A stretch of DNA of 63,383 bases, counting the filler, from Deltaproteobacteria bacterium (lineage in GTDB: Bacteria; JACQOV01): assembly GCA_016202395.1 (NCBI GenBank). It is 4 parts of 4 records of this genome, joined end to end, with 100 filler letters (N's around TTAATTAATTAA, not from the genome) between each part and the next. Parts side by side here need not be neighbours in the genome. Positions count along the whole stretch, not along the records: positions 25,509 to 52,262 come from JACQOV010000055.1; positions 52,363 to 60,690 come from JACQOV010000058.1; 2 more parts are not named here. One strand, 5' to 3'. Positions 44,765 through 54,497 of the stretch are shown piece by piece. A program made the translations under genes and the position numbers. The notes beneath the pieces are model-generated. The model saw only the letters and a program-made list of their open reading frames with translations, had not been told where the DNA came from and searched no databases. The stretch's first letter is position 1. Each line of letters starts with the position of its first letter.

Positions 44765-46018
44765 TCACCTTAGCCCTCTGAGGAACTCGTGCGGAGTGAT
44801 GACGGCCACCTCTTTTCCCAACGCGGGTTTTAGCTGCAAAGATTGAGATTTCACGTCATAAAGAAAAAGTTGACCCTCTCTGATAAACAAAATGTCGATC
44901 TCTCGTTTCAAATTTGGAGAGTACCAATAGTAAAGAGGTTCTTGGCGCCTTGCAAAGTGATTCACCACCAAAGATTCAAAGATTTTCCCCCTGAATTCGG
45001 GATTCGAAAGGGTTTCGGACCACCATACAAAAGCATTTTGGATCCCTCGAAGGAATCCTCCCACCACGCCATAGAGTAAAGGGTCTACAAAATAGATTTT
45101 TTTGGCCTTTCGTGGGGCGCCCATCTCTTTATCGGGGTCATAGCAGTTCGACACATGGCATAGAAACGCCATCTCCAAGTGTTCTACGTAATCCAAGGCT
45201 GTTTCGTAACTTTTGATCGTTGATTTTTCGATTAAACGTTGCCAGGTGACTTGGCTGCTGAGAGTATCGAAAATTCTAAACAATAAGTGGATTAGTAGTT
45301 CTCGATTTAATTGGAATCGGTGTGCATCCCCAAAGATCCAATTGGCATAGGTTTCATAAGTGTCGTCCCTGACCTTTCCGTATTCATAAAAATCACGGAT
45401 AGCGTGAGGGAATCCGCCCACTTTCAGATAGAGGGCCAGCAGATCGTTGGGGGGATACTTTTTCAGAAATTCGATTTTTGAAAATTGGTCCCAAGAGGCA
45501 GGATAGATTTTGATCTCTTTTACGTTTCTGCCGGGGAATCGTTCACCACTTATTTTCAGGTCCCGTGAGTTCGAACCGGTAATCAAGGTGGTTGCATTCT
45601 GTAGTAATCCCGCGTTGATGAGCCACAGGAGGCTTCTTTGCCATTCGGGTATAAAAGTAACCTCGTCAAGACACAGGAGTAACGGTGTATTTTTTTTTGG
45701 AGCAACCCAAGAGGTAAGGAACTCTTGAAGTTCTTTGAAACTTTCGAAGGCTTCGCAAGAAAGGTACAGGCAATTTTCCGGAGCTATTTGTTGGGATTGG
45801 ATAGCCTCTAAAATCTTTTCTTTGAGGAGGGTCGTTTTCCCCACTTGTCGGGCTCCGCGAAGGATAAACCTTTGGCCCGGTTTAAGGTGTAGCTCTTTTT
45901 TGGTCGGGCTATCGATGTAATACGGTTTCCCAAGGAGTTGAGAAAGGCGAGGGTCCTGCCGGATCGCCTCGCGATCTTCCCACCAAGGATTGGTAATTTT
46001 AATGGAGTTTAGATTCAT
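44765..46018 (-). CDS. AAA+ ATPase, AAA_14 + DUF4143
   Basis: NPWW, GARQVGKTT, LDEV, ITGS, GGFP, KKIYFVDP, EID; inverted repeat TGTAAATAAC...GTTATTTACA over its promoter (46052-46085). Confidence 0.9.
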   Translation of the reverse strand: MNLNSIKITNPWWEDREAIRQDPRLSQLLGKPYYIDSPTKKELHLKPGQRFILRGARQVGKTTLLKEKILEAIQSQQIAPENCLYLSCEAFESFKELQEFLTSWVAPKKNTPLLLCLDEVTFIPEWQRSLLWLINAGLLQNATTLITGSNSRDLKISGERFPGRNVKEIKIYPASWDQFSKIEFLKKYPPNDLLALYLKVGGFPHAIRDFYEYGKVRDDTYETYANWIFGDAHRFQLNRELLIHLLFRIFDTLSSQVTWQRLIEKSTIKSYETALDYVEHLEMAFLCHVSNCYDPDKEMGAPRKAKKIYFVDPLLYGVVGGFLRGIQNAFVWWSETLSNPEFRGKIFESLVVNHFARRQEPLYYWYSPNLKREIDILFIREGQLFLYDVKSQSLQLKPALGKEVAVITPHEFLRGLR

Positions 46019-46180
46019 AACTTATTGATTTTAAATTTAAATTTCAGAGTTTGTAAATAACGCCATTATAATCGTGTTATTTACAGGTTGTCAAGGCCGA
46101 ATTGTAACGATGAAGAGGCATATCCTTTAGGCTGCCGCTTGACAGGGCCATTTTTTTATTATATTCTTAAATAAGAAATT

Positions 46181-46423
46181 ATGAAATCAATCTATTTAGA
46201 TAACAATATTCACAATAAACTCAAGCTATTAGCGACGCTCCATCATCGCTCACTAACAAGTTTGGTAGAGGAGTTAATTTCTAAAGGGATTGAAAATGAG
46301 ATAGAGGATCTTTCTCAAGAAGCTCTTCAAAAACTTGCCGCTATGGGTGGTGGATTTGATTTCCTCGAAAATCCTGAAGAGGATATCTATTCATCTGAAG
46401 ATGGGGAGTTGATTGAAGAATGA
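46181..46423 (+). CDS. Probable antitoxin (RHH-like N-terminus, acidic PEEDIY tail)
   Basis: Small gene coupled to mazF; TTGACA-N17-TATTCT promoter (46139-46167). Confidence 0.75.
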   Translation: MKSIYLDNNIHNKLKLLATLHHRSLTSLVEELISKGIENEIEDLSQEALQKLAAMGGGFDFLENPEEDIYSSEDGELIEE

Positions 46424-46779
46424 AACCCGAGCTTCAAAATGGCGACGTTGTTTTGGTTACTTTCCCTTTCACGGACCTTGCAGGAACTAAACTGCGTCCT
46501 GCGGTCATCATCTCTTCTGAGGAGGTTCATCAGAAAGAAGGGGACTATACGCTCCTTTTTATTTCGTCAGTGATCCCCGATTCTCCTGAAAAGTATGAAT
46601 TCATTTTTCCAGAATCCCACTCCGATTTTAGGAAAAGCGGATTAAAAAAAGAATCTGTTTTCAAGGCGAACAAGATCACAACCCTTCAAAAGCAATTGAT
46701 CCAAAGAAAGTTAGGGGTTTTGGGAGAGGAAGTGCGAGCGGAATTAAGGAAAATATTTCAGCACGCCTTGCGAATTTAG
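46420..46779 (+). CDS. mazF: PemK/MazF-family toxin
   Basis: GDVVLVTFPFTD..KLRPAVIIS, ISS, SGLKKES, KI.TL, KLG.L. Confidence 0.9.
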   Translation: MKPELQNGDVVLVTFPFTDLAGTKLRPAVIISSEEVHQKEGDYTLLFISSVIPDSPEKYEFIFPESHSDFRKSGLKKESVFKANKITTLQKQLIQRKLGVLGEEVRAELRKIFQHALRI

Positions 46780-46802
46780 TTTAAATCCAGGCTGAGAGAA
46801 CA

Positions 46803-49800
46803 TTACCAGCTGCCGATTAAACCAGAATCATCGCTTCCCTTGTACCGAAAAAATTCAAAATAAACATCGAAAGTCTTTCCCGAATTATCATTTCCCCAAA
46901 AAAGTCCAACATTCACTGGAGTGAATGGTTCAGCAGAACTATCCAAAAGAAAAAAACCGATACCATCAAGACTATATTCTCGAATGAGAGTTGTGCCTGT
47001 CCGTCTCATTCTTAAATAAACACTCGTAAAATATACTGGATTGTATAATTTCGGATATGTTGTCCCGGCGCCTGCGAGATAATCAGTGAGATTACCAGCC
47101 CAAATCATTATGGGGCCATTTGTATTTCGATAGCTAAAAGCCAAAGCAGCAATATCTGAGTTATTTGTTGTTCCTTGCATAGTCATTAAACCCATATTGA
47201 GATAATTTGTCTGGCTTCCTGTAATAGAAACTTTGGTAACAAGCGTAAAATCACCGAAACCATCAGGAAGTGCCTGATAAATACCAGCAGTTTCATAAGG
47301 ATTGTTTGTTGGAACATTAACTTTAAGTAAATGATTTGCTTCTGTGATTGTATAGGACGCGCTCCCCAAGTTCCATTCAGTCCACTTTGCATTCAAAGAG
47401 CTATCGTTGAATTCATCATCCAAAGCATTAGCGGTGGATGGAGGATTATTGGGATTGTACGCAGCCCCTTGGTTGCCGCTTTGACTGCCGATCCAGGATA
47501 AAGCTCCGGATCCATCGGATTGGAGAAAATCTCCCGCTGTTCCATCATTAGCGGGGAGTGTGTAGGTGGTGTCTGCTGTCATGGTGGCATGAGGATTAAT
47601 AGTAATGGTGTAGTCAGTAGCCCCTTGCTCCGAGTAGATCTTGAGTTGTCCATCAGTCCCACTAAGTCCTGTTTGAATCGCCGCGGGAAAAGGGGTATGG
47701 ACAATACTTCCCACAGCGCTTCCTGTTCCGATGTAAAGCCGATCATCATCCGTGTCCCAAGAGATCTGTCCTTCTGCTGTTGCGGCTGAAACATCTGTCG
47801 CCTGAGGAAGGCGAAGTCCTTCGCCGGTCCCAGAAGCATTAATGGAAGCCATGTTTATAAAATCGCTATCGGCCAAAGTGATTGTGGCGGCAAGCTCGTC
47901 TTGATTAATCACATTTGAGGCAATACTTAAAGCCCCCGCATTCGAGATCGTGGCATCGCCACTCAGAGCCACATAGGTGGGAACGCCTGTTCCATCGCCA
48001 ACAATGATCTGGGCAGAAGTTCCGGAAGCGAGTTTGCTTAAAGCAATGGCTGCCGTGGTATTGATGTTCGCGTTAACGATGGTGCCATTCGCAATATCAC
48101 CACTGGTGATGGTTGCGTCAAAGATTTTTGCGCCCGTAATAGCGCTGTCGGCGATATCGGCCGTGGCAATCGATGCATCGGTGATCTCGGCGCTCCCAAC
48201 CGCACTTGCGGTGGCCAGAGTCCCGAGTCCGTGACTGGCGATGCTGGTGACCGCTCCGCTTAATTTCGATGTGGCAATCGCGGCCGAGGCGCCGATATCG
48301 GCATTGGCAATCGTCCCATCGGCGATATCGTCCGTCGTGATGGTTCCATCGGAGATCTTAGCGCTCGTGACCGAGTTACTGGCGAGATCCCCCGCCGCGA
48401 TCGTTCCATCCAAGATTTTAGCGGAGGTAATGGCGCTGTCGGCGATATCTGCTGCGACAATCGTTCCATCGGTGATATCGGAGGAATCAATACTGGAGCT
48501 AAAGGAGATCACAGCGGAACCACTCCCGACATAGAGAATATCGTTGTCGGTGTCCCAAGAGATCTGGCCTTCTGCCGTGGCTGCGGAGACGTCGGTGGCC
48601 TGAGGGAGTTTTAATCCCTCCGAGGTAGAAGAGGCGTTGATGGCGGAGAGATCCAACAGATCCCCATCAGCAAAGGTTAAGGTGGCTGCGAGGTCGCTCG
48701 AGCTAATGGTATTATCATTAATTTTGGCTGTGGTCACGGAGCTATCGGCCAAATCAGCGGTCGCGATAGTGGCATCGGTGATTTTGGCGGAGGTGATTGC
48801 ATCGGAGGCAATTTTGGCAGTGGAAATAGCGCTATCCGCAAGATCGGCCGTGGCAATGGTTGCGTCAACGATCTTAGCTGTAGTGACCGAGCTATCCGCA
48901 ATTTCTGTGGTGGAGACACTCCCTTGAGACAATGTGATGATTCCACTGGCTCGGACATTGCCTGATCCATCGACATAGAAGACATCGGAGCCGGATTTTA
49001 CATCTCGGATGACAAAGATCTTGCCGCTGGAGCCGGTTTTATTGGAGTCGTACTTGATTCGCAGGGCGTTGCCTCCTCCCGTGAGATTACCCTGAGCATC
49101 AATGTCGAGAACCACACCCGACGTGACGGAAGAGGCATCGATTAAGATGCCTGTGCCGGTGGTGGTGGTTGGAGTGATTAAGACGTTTTTAGCAATATCG
49201 AGCCCCGTTTGAGGGGAGCTTGTTCCGATCCCCACGCGGTCGTTGGCAGAATCGATCACCAGTGTTCCGGAATCGACCGTGAGGTTTCCAGCGGAGACGG
49301 AGGAGGCAGAAATAATCCCTGCACTGGCTTCGATATCCCCTTCGGTGAGGATGAGATCTCCTGTGGAAAGGGTCAGGTTCCCGGTAGCGATCTCCAGGCC
49401 ATCGGTTCCTTCCACAATAGAGTCGCTGTCACTGCTTCCGCTTTCGTCACTACTGGAGGAGTTTGCCGAAACAACAGCAAAAGGGGCATAGACGAGAGGG
49501 GTTAAGGGATAGAGAGTTTCAAAAGAGCTATACCCATCCCCTCGGAAAGAGATTTCGAGGAACAAAGAATCGTCTCCAGAAAAGATCGAAGTGGTTAGAG
49601 GTTCGGTATCGCGGCCTAAGGTGATACAGAAGTCACCGTTGCTGGAGAAGCTCGGAGTCACCGAAGAAGAGGTCCACAGAGCGGTTCCGTTCTCTTCTAA
49701 AATCCGGAGGATAAATTGGCCTGATTTAAAAGGGCGACTTTGAGTGTCGGTCACGTTCCCACAGTAGAGCATCTCGAGAGGAGGGAGTGCAGAAGCGACC

Positions 49801-49883
49801 TGTGGGCCTAAGGCCAAGATCCCGAAATAAAGCCACAAGAGGCCTGGAGATATTATTTTTACAATGTTTATAAAGTAACTCAT
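46803..49883 (-). CDS. Large secreted fibre-like adhesin with repeat stalk and ConA-like lectin tip
   Basis: Signal peptide; N-terminal YCG...NGDF.I.LG...LFLEI...APFA anchor-like domain; RVGIGTSSP; many D-x-x-I-T-x-A-K-I decamers; tip DDEFNDSSLNAKW...VGLF...FEFFR. Confidence 0.7.
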   Translation of the reverse strand: MSYFINIVKIISPGLLWLYFGILALGPQVASALPPLEMLYCGNVTDTQSRPFKSGQFILRILEENGTALWTSSSVTPSFSSNGDFCITLGRDTEPLTTSIFSGDDSLFLEISFRGDGYSSFETLYPLTPLVYAPFAVVSANSSSSDESGSSDSDSIVEGTDGLEIATGNLTLSTGDLILTEGDIEASAGIISASSVSAGNLTVDSGTLVIDSANDRVGIGTSSPQTGLDIAKNVLITPTTTTGTGILIDASSVTSGVVLDIDAQGNLTGGGNALRIKYDSNKTGSSGKIFVIRDVKSGSDVFYVDGSGNVRASGIITLSQGSVSTTEIADSSVTTAKIVDATIATADLADSAISTAKIASDAITSAKITDATIATADLADSSVTTAKINDNTISSSDLAATLTFADGDLLDLSAINASSTSEGLKLPQATDVSAATAEGQISWDTDNDILYVGSGSAVISFSSSIDSSDITDGTIVAADIADSAITSAKILDGTIAAGDLASNSVTSAKISDGTITTDDIADGTIANADIGASAAIATSKLSGAVTSIASHGLGTLATASAVGSAEITDASIATADIADSAITGAKIFDATITSGDIANGTIVNANINTTAAIALSKLASGTSAQIIVGDGTGVPTYVALSGDATISNAGALSIASNVINQDELAATITLADSDFINMASINASGTGEGLRLPQATDVSAATAEGQISWDTDDDRLYIGTGSAVGSIVHTPFPAAIQTGLSGTDGQLKIYSEQGATDYTITINPHATMTADTTYTLPANDGTAGDFLQSDGSGALSWIGSQSGNQGAAYNPNNPPSTANALDDEFNDSSLNAKWTEWNLGSASYTITEANHLLKVNVPTNNPYETAGIYQALPDGFGDFTLVTKVSITGSQTNYLNMGLMTMQGTTNNSDIAALAFSYRNTNGPIMIWAGNLTDYLAGAGTTYPKLYNPVYFTSVYLRMRRTGTTLIREYSLDGIGFFLLDSSAEPFTPVNVGLFWGNDNSGKTFDVYFEFFRYKGSDDSGLIGSW

Positions 49884-49887
49884 AAAT

Positions 49888-52260
49888 TTATCCTGCGGTG
49901 TAAGTGCAGGTGATCAGTTTCCATTTAAACCCTCTTTCAAGGTCAACGGGCACCTCGTTCCAATCGACATTCATCATCGATTTGCAAACGGTGTAGTTTG
50001 CTAACACTTCTTCATCTTGCCTTTGGCCGTAACCGGCGCGCCCCGAGCTTGTAATGTAATCACCCACTTCGATGTTACCGTTGGTGTCGGTCACCAAAAT
50101 AAAACCGTTTCCCACGGCATGAACCAGGATCCAGGTTTCACCACCGAGTGTGAACGGCCCCGCGTAGACGCCTAAAACTCGTTTGTCTTGCGTTTGATCG
50201 GTGATATTCACTTCGTAGATCGGTTCTCCTTTTCCAAAGGGGCGATCATGAAGGGTTTTGTTGTTGCCTGTTGCGATTAAAACCTCGCCAAATTGAAACT
50301 TGCGATCAGAATTACTCCAACCCGCATGTCCCCCCGTAAAGGCGGTCAGGGTAACACTGCCGGAAGAGACGGTGATATTTCCCTGTTCGGTATCGTCTTG
50401 TTCAAACGATAGGATCGTGCCATCACTGGTGCCGGAGCGATCGAAAACCGCAACGATCCCCGCCGATTTGACAACATGAAGCCGCGCCTCGGGCGATGTT
50501 TCGCCAATCCCCACGTTTCCACTCGTATCGATGATCATCGCGGTTGCAAATGCGGCGTCGTCTTTCGAATAGTCGAACGTCAATCGAGCGCTCGGGGCTG
50601 TGAGGTGTTGCACCGTGGTATTGTAGATTTTGAAATCCATGTTTTGGGAATCGGTGCAGCTGTTCTGGGCGTTAGTATCACAGGAGGAACCGTGGAACCG
50701 GATCGTTGGGGAGTACTGTGCGAGGGATCCTGTTGCCGCGGCGGTGCTGTTGTGTAGGCTCAGAACATCGGTCACCGTTGTTTGGATATTGTCGGCTGTC
50801 AATCGCGCTTCGCCTCCTGCAGAGTAGATCGAATAGTCTGTCGTGCCGCCGACACTGCTGAAGTCTTCGATGTAAACTCCATAGGCGTTCGTGATCGTTG
50901 CGTTTCCAGCAATATTTCCGGCATAGATCGCGTATCCATTCGTGATGGTGACGTTAGAAGAGCTCCCATCGATCAGATCTCCATAAACGGCGTAGGCGTT
51001 TGTGACGTCTCCTGATTCGGTATCGTCGGCGCCGGAGCCTGCGGTGGCGTAGAGGCCGTAGAGATTGGAAACATCGGTTGCATCGTTGGTGGCATCGTGC
51101 AGCGCGGAACTCTGCATGGCCACGACATCCCCAGTGCTAGTTTGCTCCAGTCGATTAAATATTCCATAGTAGGTGGAGGATTGGCTGATGTCGGGATCGT
51201 GGAACAATTCCGCTGCGGCGCTCGGTTCGGTTCCGCCGATGCCAATAGCGCCGTCCAAGCGGACTCCACCTGCATCGACCCAGAGCGCGTGGGCATTGGA
51301 GATTGTTTGGTTGCTTCCTGCAGAGGGAGCGCCTGCAATGTATAGAGTTGCGGCATCGGTTGTCGTTACGCTGGTGTTGGTAGCGGCGAGTGTGGGGACG
51401 GCGATCGAATTAAAGACCATCCCTGTGGCCGTGCTGCTTGCAGCGGTGTTGTTATCGGTAAAGGTCGAGGTTGAAATGGAAAGATAAGGTCCCACCGAGG
51501 CGGAAGGGGTTCCCGATTTCGCTTTGGAGATGTCGAACATCCCCGCAGGGCTTGCGGTTCCAATGCCGAGCTCGTCATTCGTGTCGTCCCAGAAGAGGTT
51601 GGAGTTGTCTTGGGAGTAAACTCCGGAGGCTCCTGCGAAGACCACAGAGCCTTGTGTGAAAGTGGTTGCAGATCCTGTTCCTCCATTGCCAACTCCCAAA
51701 GTGCCGGTGACCTCGGCTCCTCCGAGATCGATCGCGGTGCCGAAGGGATTGCTCACTTGCGTCACTGCAGCTCCTGTTCCAACGTAGAGAAGATCGTTAT
51801 CGGTGTCCCAGGAGATTTGTCCTTCGGCGGTGGCCGAAGACACACTGGTGGCCTGAGGGAGTTTTAATCCCTCACCAGTCCCTGAAGCGTTTATGGAGGA
51901 AAGATCCACAAGATCTGCATCGGCGAAAGTGATTGTGGCGGCAAGCTCGTCTTGATTTACTACATTGGACGCAATGCTTAAAGCTCCAGCATTAGAGATC
52001 GTGGCATCGCCACTCAGAGCCACATAGGTGGGAACGCCGGTGGCATCGCCAACAATGATTTGGGCAGAAGTTCCAGAAGCCAGTTTGCTTAAAACAATGG
52101 TTGCCGTGGTGCTAATGTCGGCATTGGCAATGGTTCCGTCGGAGATTTTTGCTGTCGTAATGGCGCTGTCGGCGATATCGGCTGTGGCAATCGATGCATC
52201 GGTGATCTCGGCGCTCCCAACCGCACTTGCGGTGGCCAGAGTCCCGAGTCCGTGACTGGC
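49888..52260 (-). CDS. Paralogous fibre-like protein, 5'-truncated, with intramolecular-chaperone/peptidase G2-like C-terminal domain
   Basis: Frame stays open from the gap (ASHGLGTLATASAVG...); stalk shared with the 1026-aa protein; GNVGIG..SP; C-terminal FTGGH...VLGVY...AVGNG...NGNIEVGDYITSS...GYGQ. Confidence 0.7.
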   Translation of the reverse strand, partial: ASHGLGTLATASAVGSAEITDASIATADIADSAITTAKISDGTIANADISTTATIVLSKLASGTSAQIIVGDATGVPTYVALSGDATISNAGALSIASNVVNQDELAATITFADADLVDLSSINASGTGEGLKLPQATSVSSATAEGQISWDTDNDLLYVGTGAAVTQVSNPFGTAIDLGGAEVTGTLGVGNGGTGSATTFTQGSVVFAGASGVYSQDNSNLFWDDTNDELGIGTASPAGMFDISKAKSGTPSASVGPYLSISTSTFTDNNTAASSTATGMVFNSIAVPTLAATNTSVTTTDAATLYIAGAPSAGSNQTISNAHALWVDAGGVRLDGAIGIGGTEPSAAAELFHDPDISQSSTYYGIFNRLEQTSTGDVVAMQSSALHDATNDATDVSNLYGLYATAGSGADDTESGDVTNAYAVYGDLIDGSSSNVTITNGYAIYAGNIAGNATITNAYGVYIEDFSSVGGTTDYSIYSAGGEARLTADNIQTTVTDVLSLHNSTAAATGSLAQYSPTIRFHGSSCDTNAQNSCTDSQNMDFKIYNTTVQHLTAPSARLTFDYSKDDAAFATAMIIDTSGNVGIGETSPEARLHVVKSAGIVAVFDRSGTSDGTILSFEQDDTEQGNITVSSGSVTLTAFTGGHAGWSNSDRKFQFGEVLIATGNNKTLHDRPFGKGEPIYEVNITDQTQDKRVLGVYAGPFTLGGETWILVHAVGNGFILVTDTNGNIEVGDYITSSGRAGYGQRQDEEVLANYTVCKSMMNVDWNEVPVDLERGFKWKLITCTYTAG

Positions 52261-52262
52261 GA

Positions 52263-52362
52263 NNNNNNNNNNNNNNNNNNNNNNNNNNNNNNNNNNNNNN
52301 NNNNNNTTAATTAATTAANNNNNNNNNNNNNNNNNNNNNNNNNNNNNNNNNNNNNNNNNNNN
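52263..52362. other. Artificial contig linker
   Basis: N44-TTAATTAATTAA-N44. Confidence 0.97.
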
Positions 52363-52471
52363 AATCAGAAATCCCTCCCCTTATGATAAGGTGAGGTTAG
52401 GAGGGGTTAGAGAAATGAAGGATAAAAATGTGAATGTTTAAAAAAATTTTCTTTGTAATGTTGTCATCTTT

Positions 52472-53290
52472 GTGATTCCGTCTCTGCTCTGGGGGATCAC
52501 GGACGAGATGGGACGCGATGTTGCGGTCCCTTCAAAGATCGAGCGGATTGTCTCAATGGCTCCGAACATCACGGAGATCCTTTTTGCTTTGGGGGTTGGA
52601 GAAAAGGTCGTGGGGGTCACCGACTACTGTGATTATCCCGAAGCAGCGAGAAGAAAACCGAAGATCGGCGGTTTTATCAACCCTAATCTGGATGCCGTTG
52701 TCCATTTGGAGCCGGATCTTGTGATTGCAACCGCCGACGGGAACCCACCGGAGATGATCGGTAAGCTCCAACAGGTCCGGATCCCTGTTTTTGTTATCAA
52801 TCCTCGAAGTTTATGGGACGTCCTCTCGACGATTCGAAGATTGGGCGATCTCTTGGGAACGCCCATCCAAGCCTCCCAGCGGGTTCAAACTCTGGAGCAG
52901 CGAATCCAGGAGGTCGAAAAATCGGCGCAAGGAAAAGATCGAGTGAGGGCCTTTTTAATTTTAGCAAAAGATCCGTTGATCACCATCAACGATGAAACGG
53001 TTTTTGGCTCTTTGGTAATGGTTGCGGGGGGATTCAATGTGGCGGGGAATTCTCCCATTCGATACCCCCGCTATAGTTGGGAGGCCCTCCTTTTGGCCGA
53101 TCCAGAGGTTCTTGTTTTTGCCGATGAGGAACGCCCTAATCTTTCTTCCAAACGGTGGCGGAGGCTCTCGGCCGTTCAAAAAGGGGGAGTCTGTTTCATC
53201 CCTATCGATCTTTTAGAGCGACCGGGCCCGAGACTTGTTGAGGGGCTCGAACTTTTGACTCAATGTTTGCATAAGAAAGGAGGCTATTGA
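52472..53290 (+). CDS. btuF: Cobalamin / Fe-siderophore ABC substrate-binding protein, BtuF-like
   Basis: TDEMGR.V, RIVSMAPNITEILFALG, VGVTDYCDYP, DPEV, RPGPRL. Confidence 0.8.
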   Translation: MIPSLLWGITDEMGRDVAVPSKIERIVSMAPNITEILFALGVGEKVVGVTDYCDYPEAARRKPKIGGFINPNLDAVVHLEPDLVIATADGNPPEMIGKLQQVRIPVFVINPRSLWDVLSTIRRLGDLLGTPIQASQRVQTLEQRIQEVEKSAQGKDRVRAFLILAKDPLITINDETVFGSLVMVAGGFNVAGNSPIRYPRYSWEALLLADPEVLVFADEERPNLSSKRWRRLSAVQKGGVCFIPIDLLERPGPRLVEGLELLTQCLHKKGGY

Positions 53291-54336
53291 TGATTCGACG
53301 ACATCATTATTTAATGGTTCTTTTGGTAGCGACCTTCCTCTTTGGATGTGGGGATGAGGATCCTCCTCCTCAAGTAGCCGAAGATCCAGCAGCGACTCCG
53401 GCGGCTCCTGCGGAAACGGACAACCCGAAGGTCGCTGCTGTTCCGGAAGGCATTCCCGATCTTCTCAATAGAGAGGATATTTTGGACTCCCCAGGGGAGG
53501 GGGAGGTCTCTGTTTCTGATGTAAAAGATGTGATCGACTCTATTTCGGTCGTCAATTTTTCTCCATCGGTTCCACCACGAAACGGGAACGAAGGGGAAGA
53601 TCCAGAAGAGGCAGATCCAGAAGAGGATCCAGAAGAGGAACCGCGAGAGATTCCTATCACGCAATCGTTTGCTGTAGGGGTCGTTTCGTTTGTGCCAGGG
53701 AGCAACGCAGGTTTTGGTAGCGATGAATTCCCTGAAATTGTCTTAGGATCCCCGCAAGGAGGGGGCGATGGAGCGGGCTCCACGGACGTTCTTTCCTTGG
53801 GGGATGAAGGGGAGATTGTGTTGGATTTTGGCGATCAGGTGATCGTGGACAAAGAGGGAATCGATTTCACAGTCTTTGAAAATCCGTTCTTTGCAGGTGG
53901 AAATCCGGACTCCATCTTTGTTGAAGCTGGGATTGTTTCCGTGAGCCAGGATGGAGTGATTTGGTGTGCTTTCCCATTCGATCTGGATCCAACTCTTTCA
54001 ATTACTAATCCTGCGCGTTATCAAGGGTTTGCTGGAGTTCAACCGGTTTACGCGGATGAGAGCGGCGACCCTAATCCTTTTGATCCGTCGGTTTCCGGAG
54101 GGGATTCTTTTGATCTCGCTTCCATCGGCCTTTCCTGGGCCCGCTATCTTCGAATCACCGATCCAGGCTTTCAGAAGACTGCGGATGCGGATGGGGATCT
54201 GATTGAGGATGCGGGGGATCATGTGATGGGTCCGGGGCAAGGTGGATTCGATCTGGACGCGATCGCTGCGCTTTACGTGAGTCCATTGGCATTCTTCATC
54301 GGATCTGAAATCACGAAGTGCCCGGGGGACGATTAG
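53287..54336 (+). CDS. Acidic surface lipoprotein (SLG..GEI...DFxVFENPF family)
   Basis: Lipobox LFGC; LGSPQGGG..GSTDVLSLG, DFTVFENPF, VSVSQDG, GGDSFDL, GFDLDA. Confidence 0.7.
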   Translation: MMIRRHHYLMVLLVATFLFGCGDEDPPPQVAEDPAATPAAPAETDNPKVAAVPEGIPDLLNREDILDSPGEGEVSVSDVKDVIDSISVVNFSPSVPPRNGNEGEDPEEADPEEDPEEEPREIPITQSFAVGVVSFVPGSNAGFGSDEFPEIVLGSPQGGGDGAGSTDVLSLGDEGEIVLDFGDQVIVDKEGIDFTVFENPFFAGGNPDSIFVEAGIVSVSQDGVIWCAFPFDLDPTLSITNPARYQGFAGVQPVYADESGDPNPFDPSVSGGDSFDLASIGLSWARYLRITDPGFQKTADADGDLIEDAGDHVMGPGQGGFDLDAIAALYVSPLAFFIGSEITKCPGDD

Positions 54337-54401
54337 CCAATCCAAACGGTTCTCATGGATTGACGGTCGATGAGGACTTGCTATATCCTAAACCTACCTT
54401 T

Positions 54402-54474
54402 GGCCGGGTAGCTCAGTAGGTAGAGCGAGGGACTGAAAATCCCTGCGTGGGCGGTTCGATTCCGTCCCCGGCCA
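54402..54474 (+). tRNA. tRNA-Phe(GAA)
   Basis: GGCCGGG acceptor stem, TAGCTCAG D-arm, AGGGA-CTGAAAA-TCCCT anticodon arm (GAA at 54435-37), GGTTCGATTCC T-arm; CCA not encoded. Confidence 0.96.
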
Positions 54475-54497
54475 TTCCTTCTTAACGCCATCTCCTT

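Noticed and set aside
52028..52255. Separate 75-aa plus-strand ORF repeated at 47977
   Set aside because: It is the antisense of the shared fibre stalk; the minus frame is open to the gap.
46803..52262. Prophage tail genes
   Set aside because: No capsid, terminase, portal or integrase nearby, and the complete fibre has a signal peptide.
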